DNA of 29,554 nt from Promethearchaeota archaeon (GTDB lineage: Archaea > Asgardarchaeota > Lokiarchaeia > Sigyniarchaeales > SOKP01): contig JBHLME010000041.1 in assembly GCA_048938445.1 (NCBI GenBank), positions 4,704-34,257 on the forward strand, in the 5' to 3' direction. The notes beneath the pieces were generated by a model. It searched no databases. It was not told the origin of the DNA and worked only from the letters and a program-made list of their open reading frames with translations. Positions 25,715 through 29,554 of the stretch are shown piece by piece. Both the position numbers and the translations under genes were made by a program. Within the stretch, counting starts at the first letter, position 1, and the number at the start of each line of letters is the position of its first letter.

Positions 25715-25743
25715 AGTATTTCAGTTATTTTATAAAAAATTAA

Positions 25744-25828
25744 AAGATCTAGGAGGAATAGTTCTAAAAATGGATTAAATTTATATTAATAAACATCAAT
25801 CCAATTACTACTTCCCACGTTCAATCTT
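25744..25828 (-). promoter_or_regulatory. Candidate structured RNA (three-tier stem-loop) in the valS 5' region
   Basis: Nested pairings 25771-25784/25789-25803, 25753-25762/25807-25816 and 25744-25749/25823-25828. Five of six non-Watson-Crick positions are G-U on the minus (valS sense) strand. Confidence 0.55.
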
Positions 25829-25904
25829 GATATTTGTTTAATTTATCGTTAAAAAATAGAATAATAAATAAATAAAAAATTTTAATATTTTAAATAAAAA
25901 GAAG

Positions 25905-26333
25905 CTAAAAAAAACTCATTTTAAAATAAACCTTCAATCTTGTAATAAAATCATCAAATAAGGAGTAATCACCATTCCATTCCTTTATAGCATCAATTGT
26001 TATTAATTCTTTAAACATGCTCTCAATAATTTCACATGTTTTCAAGATTTTTTTATCTTTCATTTTAAGAATTGCTCGATAGATAATTATCACATTATCA
26101 TCATGAAAGAAATAACAACAATATTTCCCCCAACCTACATTAAAAACTCTTAATTCTTCTTTATAATAGGCCTTACGTGTGTCAATGGCCTTTTCCAGAT
26201 AAAAAATAATCTCATCTAAATTATCTACCTCAAAGGATGTAATTATTTGTTGCTCATCCTTGTTTATGGTAAAATCTACAATCAATTCTTTATCTTTCGT
26301 GAAGATCCAAAATCTTTCTGGTAATGTGGGCAT
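25905..26333 (-). CDS. Small stand-alone longin-like protein (Asgard type)
   Basis: 142 aa. N-terminal beta hairpin 'ERFWIFTKDKELIVDF', central beta strands, C-terminal 'IESMFKELITIDAIKEWNGDYSLFDDF' typical of Asgard longin/sedlin-like proteins as recalled. Confidence 0.55.
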   Translation of the reverse strand: MPTLPERFWIFTKDKELIVDFTINKDEQQIITSFEVDNLDEIIFYLEKAIDTRKAYYKEELRVFNVGWGKYCCYFFHDDNVIIIYRAILKMKDKKILKTCEIIESMFKELITIDAIKEWNGDYSLFDDFITRLKVYFKMSFF

Positions 26334-26361
26334 TTTATTCTTACAAGATTACTATTATTGT

Positions 26362-26706
26362 TTAAACCTTTTCGGATACAATTATTTTATACGTTTTATG
26401 ACTCAAACTTATTATAAGGTTTACAAATAAACCACCAAACAAGTAAACTATTGCGGTCATTATTTGTATAATCTGACTTAAGTCTATGGCTTGTCCTAAG
26501 TTAATAGCTAAGAAAATGATGTTACATACATATCCCGCTAAAAAACCATAGATGAGTATTTGCATTAAATTCCATTTTTTTATAGCTTTTGCTCCAGCAG
26601 GGAACATTTCTTTTATTTTCTTAATGATAAGTAAGCTATTGATAAAAAAGATTACACCCCCAATAGAACAAATCAAGTTGAGAATAAAATTTGCAATTAG
26701 ATCCAA
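26362..26706 (-). CDS. Small three-TM membrane protein
   Basis: 114 aa with three hydrophobic helices. TTG start preceded by AGGTGAT SD (26710-26716). 28-bp gap to the longin-like gene. Confidence 0.75.
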   Translation of the reverse strand: MDLIANFILNLICSIGGVIFFINSLLIIKKIKEMFPAGAKAIKKWNLMQILIYGFLAGYVCNIIFLAINLGQAIDLSQIIQIMTAIVYLFGGLFVNLIISLSHKTYKIIVSEKV

Positions 26707-26859
26707 AAAATCACCTTTAGTGTAAATTGTTATTTTATTATATTTTATAATTATTTTATAAATAATACTTGTAAATTAATATAAACTGTATTTATTATCT
26801 AAAAAGTAGAGCTTTTTAAATTAAGATATAAAAGATAATTTTTTTACTTTACCAAATTT

Positions 26860-27429
26860 TCAACTAATCTTCTTAGTGTTGAAAAGATATACAAAGTTTG
26901 TAATTACTGCGCTAATTGGAATGCTAAAAAGAATAATTAATCTAGCCCCTTCAATCTCAAATAGAAGCATGAGTATTGCTCCTAACGCTATGATAATCGC
27001 TCCAGATGTTTGAGTAATATACTTTTCTTTATACGCAATCCACAAAAGGAAAAAAACATATGGAACATTAAATACAAGCCCAGTTATTACTCCTGGAAAA
27101 TAATCGCTAAATATAATTGTCAAAAAAAAATGGAAAAACGCGTTAGAAAACTGTGCTGCTGCGAGTAAGGTTAAAATGAAGTATGCATTTGTACGATTAG
27201 GCTGGAGAGTGAATAAGATAAGCAAGATAATATATACTATTATGATGAACAAATAAGTTATTAAAAAATTAATAAGACTCAAATCCACTCCAAAGTGCCT
27301 ATATATGTAATTGGAAAAGCCAAATACTCCTTCTTCAATGATATGTATCACAAAAATTAAGGGTGAAAACCAAATTGCTTTTTTAAATGTGAAGTTATGG
27401 AATAAATTTTCAATGCTAAATTTGCTCAT
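26860..27429 (-). CDS. HXXEE domain membrane protein (paralog 1)
   Basis: 'VIHIIEE', 'NAFFHF', 'YFPGVITG'; multi-TM. Confidence 0.88.
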   Translation of the reverse strand: MSKFSIENLFHNFTFKKAIWFSPLIFVIHIIEEGVFGFSNYIYRHFGVDLSLINFLITYLFIIIVYIILLILFTLQPNRTNAYFILTLLAAAQFSNAFFHFFLTIIFSDYFPGVITGLVFNVPYVFFLLWIAYKEKYITQTSGAIIIALGAILMLLFEIEGARLIILFSIPISAVITNFVYLFNTKKIS

Positions 27430-27467
27430 CTTGAACAGTTAATGTCGTTTAATGGTATGGGAAGATA

Positions 27468-27500
27468 GGAACATTGGTTCTTTATAAAGTTTTTGAGAAA
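27468..27500 (-). promoter_or_regulatory. BRE/TATA-like promoter plus adjacent imperfect palindrome upstream of HXXEE paralog 1
   Basis: Minus strand TTTCTCAAAAAC-TTTATAAA-GAACCAATGTTCC; conserved with 28193-28225. Confidence 0.6.
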
Positions 27501-27530
27501 TGCTCTAATATTTTATTTAAGTGTATTAAT

Positions 27531-27541
27531 AAAAAAAAAAA
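27531..27541 (-). terminator. Oligo-T (T11) candidate terminator after HXXEE paralog 2
   Basis: A11 on the + strand, ~35 nt downstream of the stop at 27576 and upstream of the next promoter. Confidence 0.45.
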
Positions 27542-27575
27542 TTTATTCTACAATCAAACTAATATTTCCACTGTA

Positions 27576-28160
27576 TCATTTCTTACTTTTAGATTTGAAA
27601 TAATAAATAATGTTTGTTGCTACTACTATAATTACTGAGATTACTAGTGTTGCTATTTGAAGACCTGGTAACTCAAATAAAAACATGAGCGTAAATCCTA
27701 ATAATACGATGAGAATAGCCGTAGTTTTTGTGATAAATTCATCTTTATAAGCAATCCACAAGAGAATGCTCACATAGGGGACATATAATGCAAAACCAGT
27801 AACTACACCTGGACAATATTCCATGAAGACAATAGTCCAATATAAATGGAAGAACGCATTAAAAAACTGTGCTGCAGTGAACAAGGTTAAAACAAAGAAT
27901 GCATTTGCACGATTAGGTCGAAGAGTGAATAAGATAAGTAAGACAATATAAACTAACATTATGAACATGTTCGCTATTAGAAAACCGGGAAGACCGAAAT
28001 TTACTGATAAACCTCTATGTATAGCCACGAAATCGTAAAAACGAAATACTGCCTCTTCAATCATATGAAACAAATAAAGGATAGGTGCGAGCCAAACTGC
28101 CTTTTTAAATGGAACCTTATCCAGTGTTGTTTTAATTTTTGAAATACTCATTTTACTCAT
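27576..28160 (-). CDS. HXXEE domain membrane protein (paralog 2)
   Basis: 'LFHMIEE', 'NAFFHL', 'YCPGVVTG'; colinear with paralog 1 (FKKA.W..P, LLILFTL.PNR.NA, AAQF.NAFFH). Confidence 0.88.
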   Translation of the reverse strand: MSKMSISKIKTTLDKVPFKKAVWLAPILYLFHMIEEAVFRFYDFVAIHRGLSVNFGLPGFLIANMFIMLVYIVLLILFTLRPNRANAFFVLTLFTAAQFFNAFFHLYWTIVFMEYCPGVVTGFALYVPYVSILLWIAYKDEFITKTTAILIVLLGFTLMFLFELPGLQIATLVISVIIVVATNIIYYFKSKSKK

Positions 28161-28192
28161 ATTAAAAATTATATTTTAATACTTGGGTTAAT

Positions 28193-28225
28193 GGAGCATT
28201 GCTCCCTTAAAAAGTTTTTGAAAAA
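28193..28225 (-). promoter_or_regulatory. BRE/TATA-like promoter plus adjacent perfect palindrome GGAGCA-N-TGCTCC upstream of HXXEE paralog 2
   Basis: Minus strand TTTTTCAAAAAC-TTTTTAAG-GGAGCAATGCTCC. Confidence 0.62.
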
Positions 28226-28521
28226 AATACTCTTATTTAAATTCGTATAACAGAAAAAACTATATAAATAACAAAAACTCGTTTTATTGTTTTGTTTATT
28301 AGCGGATTAAAATCCAAATTTTACAACTCCTATAAAATTTTAAAGGATTTGCTTGTTACTCCAATGATGTTTTAAATGATTTCTTTTTAAGCTAATTTTT
28401 TTAAATACCATATTACTCCAACACTCAATTTTTAAGAAAAAGTCTGAGGAATTTATATTATAGGGAGTGAATATAAAAGCTCATTATTTAATACTATCCC
28501 TTTAAAATAGAAATATAAAAA

Positions 28522-28659
28522 TTAAGATTTATAACTTTTAAGAAGGATTTTTTTAACACTTTCCGGTAACATCAAAACTAAATAAAATATGATAGCACTA
28601 ACAATTCCGATTATTCTAGAGAGTAAAATAAGCAAAATAATTTCTCCAGAGAAGAGATC
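28522..28659 (-). pseudogene. Probable 3' remnant of a membrane protein gene (last TM helix and tail)
   Basis: 45-codon frame DLFSGEIILLILLSRIIGIVSAIIFYLVLMLPESVKKILLKSYKS*, preceded directly by TAA. Resembles the 'R(I/L)...SA..FY...LPE.VKK' ending of Lokiarchaeal multi-TM proteins as recalled. Confidence 0.4.
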
Positions 28660-28798
28660 TTACGATTTATTAAATTAATATTTTAAGTATAAATAACAGA
28701 TTATAATAGCATATATAAATGGTATAAATTGTAAAATAAGCTTTTAATCTATTACCAATAAATGATATGATAAATATAATTTTAATTTTTTAAATATT

Positions 28799-29554
28799 TT
28801 AAAAGCGTGACTCCTTTTGTGATTTAAGTTTACTTTCAATCGCTTTAGTCTCATCCTCTAATCTCTTCCTTGATAAGGCGGTATTTTGTATTGCTTCTTG
28901 ATCTGGTTGATTCTTGCGATCTACTATTGCCCAATATGGAAATGCTTCAAGTGGAGGGCATCCTAATACAATCAAGCAGTTTTTACCGCTATCTATTATT
29001 TTTTTTTTAATATTTTTAGTGCAATCTCCCATTAGAATAAGATTTTTGCCAAATGAGACTCCTTCAGGTATCTCCTTTTTTCTCCCCACAACGATATCAA
29101 TTCCCTTATTTTTTTCATATTCACCTAATAATTTCAGTTTTGCCATGGTAAATGCTACAAGTCCTTGACAGGAACTGCATGCATTTTCAATATGAAAATT
29201 ATACTCGGGCCATGCCTTAAAACCTTCTAAATATGGGAGATCCAATTGCTTATAAACTTCTTTAATATTATTTCCTTTGATCTCAATCCTATTCTCATCA
29301 GCAAATCCTATGCCTCGATCACGTGCTGATTTAAAATAATCTACCTTTGCTATATCTAGTCCAACCATCCTACATACAGTTGCATCAAGAGCTACAGGAT
29401 CTTGACTTGCAACAACGCATCCAAGATCTACAGGATTTCCTGTTGTGTGAGGTCCAAAACCCTCCATTGGTCTAATTAGATCTGCAATTGAAAGATCTGC
29501 CCTAATTACAGACCAGAGATCCATCATCGCATCAGCTAGATTGGTCATGTGCAT
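28799..29554 (-). CDS. DUF362 family Fe-S protein, 5'-truncated by the window edge
   Basis: 'DLSIADLIRPMEGFGP...GCVVASQDPVALDATVCRMVG' DUF362 motif; C-terminal Cys set ACSSC, GDC, GCPP. The frame is open at position 29554. Confidence 0.82.
   Translation of the reverse strand: MHMTNLADAMMDLWSVIRADLSIADLIRPMEGFGPHTTGNPVDLGCVVASQDPVALDATVCRMVGLDIAKVDYFKSARDRGIGFADENRIEIKGNNIKEVYKQLDLPYLEGFKAWPEYNFHIENACSSCQGLVAFTMAKLKLLGEYEKNKGIDIVVGRKKEIPEGVSFGKNLILMGDCTKNIKKKIIDSGKNCLIVLGCPPLEAFPYWAIVDRKNQPDQEAIQNTALSRKRLEDETKAIESKLKSQKESRF

Noticed and set aside
25744-25828. SECIS element, T-box riboswitch or tRNA
   Set aside because: No in-frame UGA is evident in the adjacent genes, there is no clean AUGA/GA core with an apical AA loop, no T-box consensus and no cloverleaf. 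Kept only as an unclassified hairpin.
27469-27480. GAAC-N4-GTTC matches the Gram-positive LexA (Cheo) box
   Set aside because: The paralogous site reads GGAGCATTGCTCC and does not fit, and the context is archaeal.
583-29168. Remaining short overlapping ORFs in the track (e.g. 583-864, 2847-3146, 9992-10423, 19974-20279, 24294-24638, 28914-29168)
   Set aside because: They lie antisense or out of frame within or across well-supported genes and show no motifs.
1-29554. CRISPR array, rRNA/tRNA genes, IS elements
   Set aside because: No regularly spaced repeat-spacer pattern, no GC-rich structural RNA island and no transposase or integrase ORF seen by eye.

Overview
Very AT-rich, gene-dense prokaryotic window that reads as an Asgard archaeon (Lokiarchaeia-like). 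The assignment is inferred from a Rab-like small GTPase without a prenylation tail, longin-like domains, a protein domain I recall from Lokiarchaeal LRR proteins, archaeal-type ValRS, ScpA/ScpB and AGGTGAT Shine-Dalgarno sites. The most striking locus is 4777-10377: two tandem ~920-aa membrane-anchored surface proteins that look like peptidoglycan hydrolases in an organism that should lack peptidoglycan. One carries an intact Amidase_3 (N-acetylmuramoyl-L-alanine amidase) domain, the other a GH18 glycosidase. Each head sits on a near-identical ~1.45 kb module encoding a catalytically dead amidase, an Ig-like region and a discoidin domain, followed by a TM anchor. The amidase also has a cytoplasmic Zn-finger tail, giving a receptor-like layout. 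Other notable items: a 7TM-longin protein plus winged-helix regulator divergent from a sugar ABC operon, a split 3TM + longin pair, a CDP-alcohol phosphotransferase with a degenerate second copy, ScpA with an N-terminal HeH/SAP-like domain, a strand-specific RNA hairpin upstream of valS, and tandem HXXEE genes sharing a promoter and palindrome. No rRNA, tRNA, CRISPR array or transposase was seen. All family calls come from reading motifs by eye; no searches were run.
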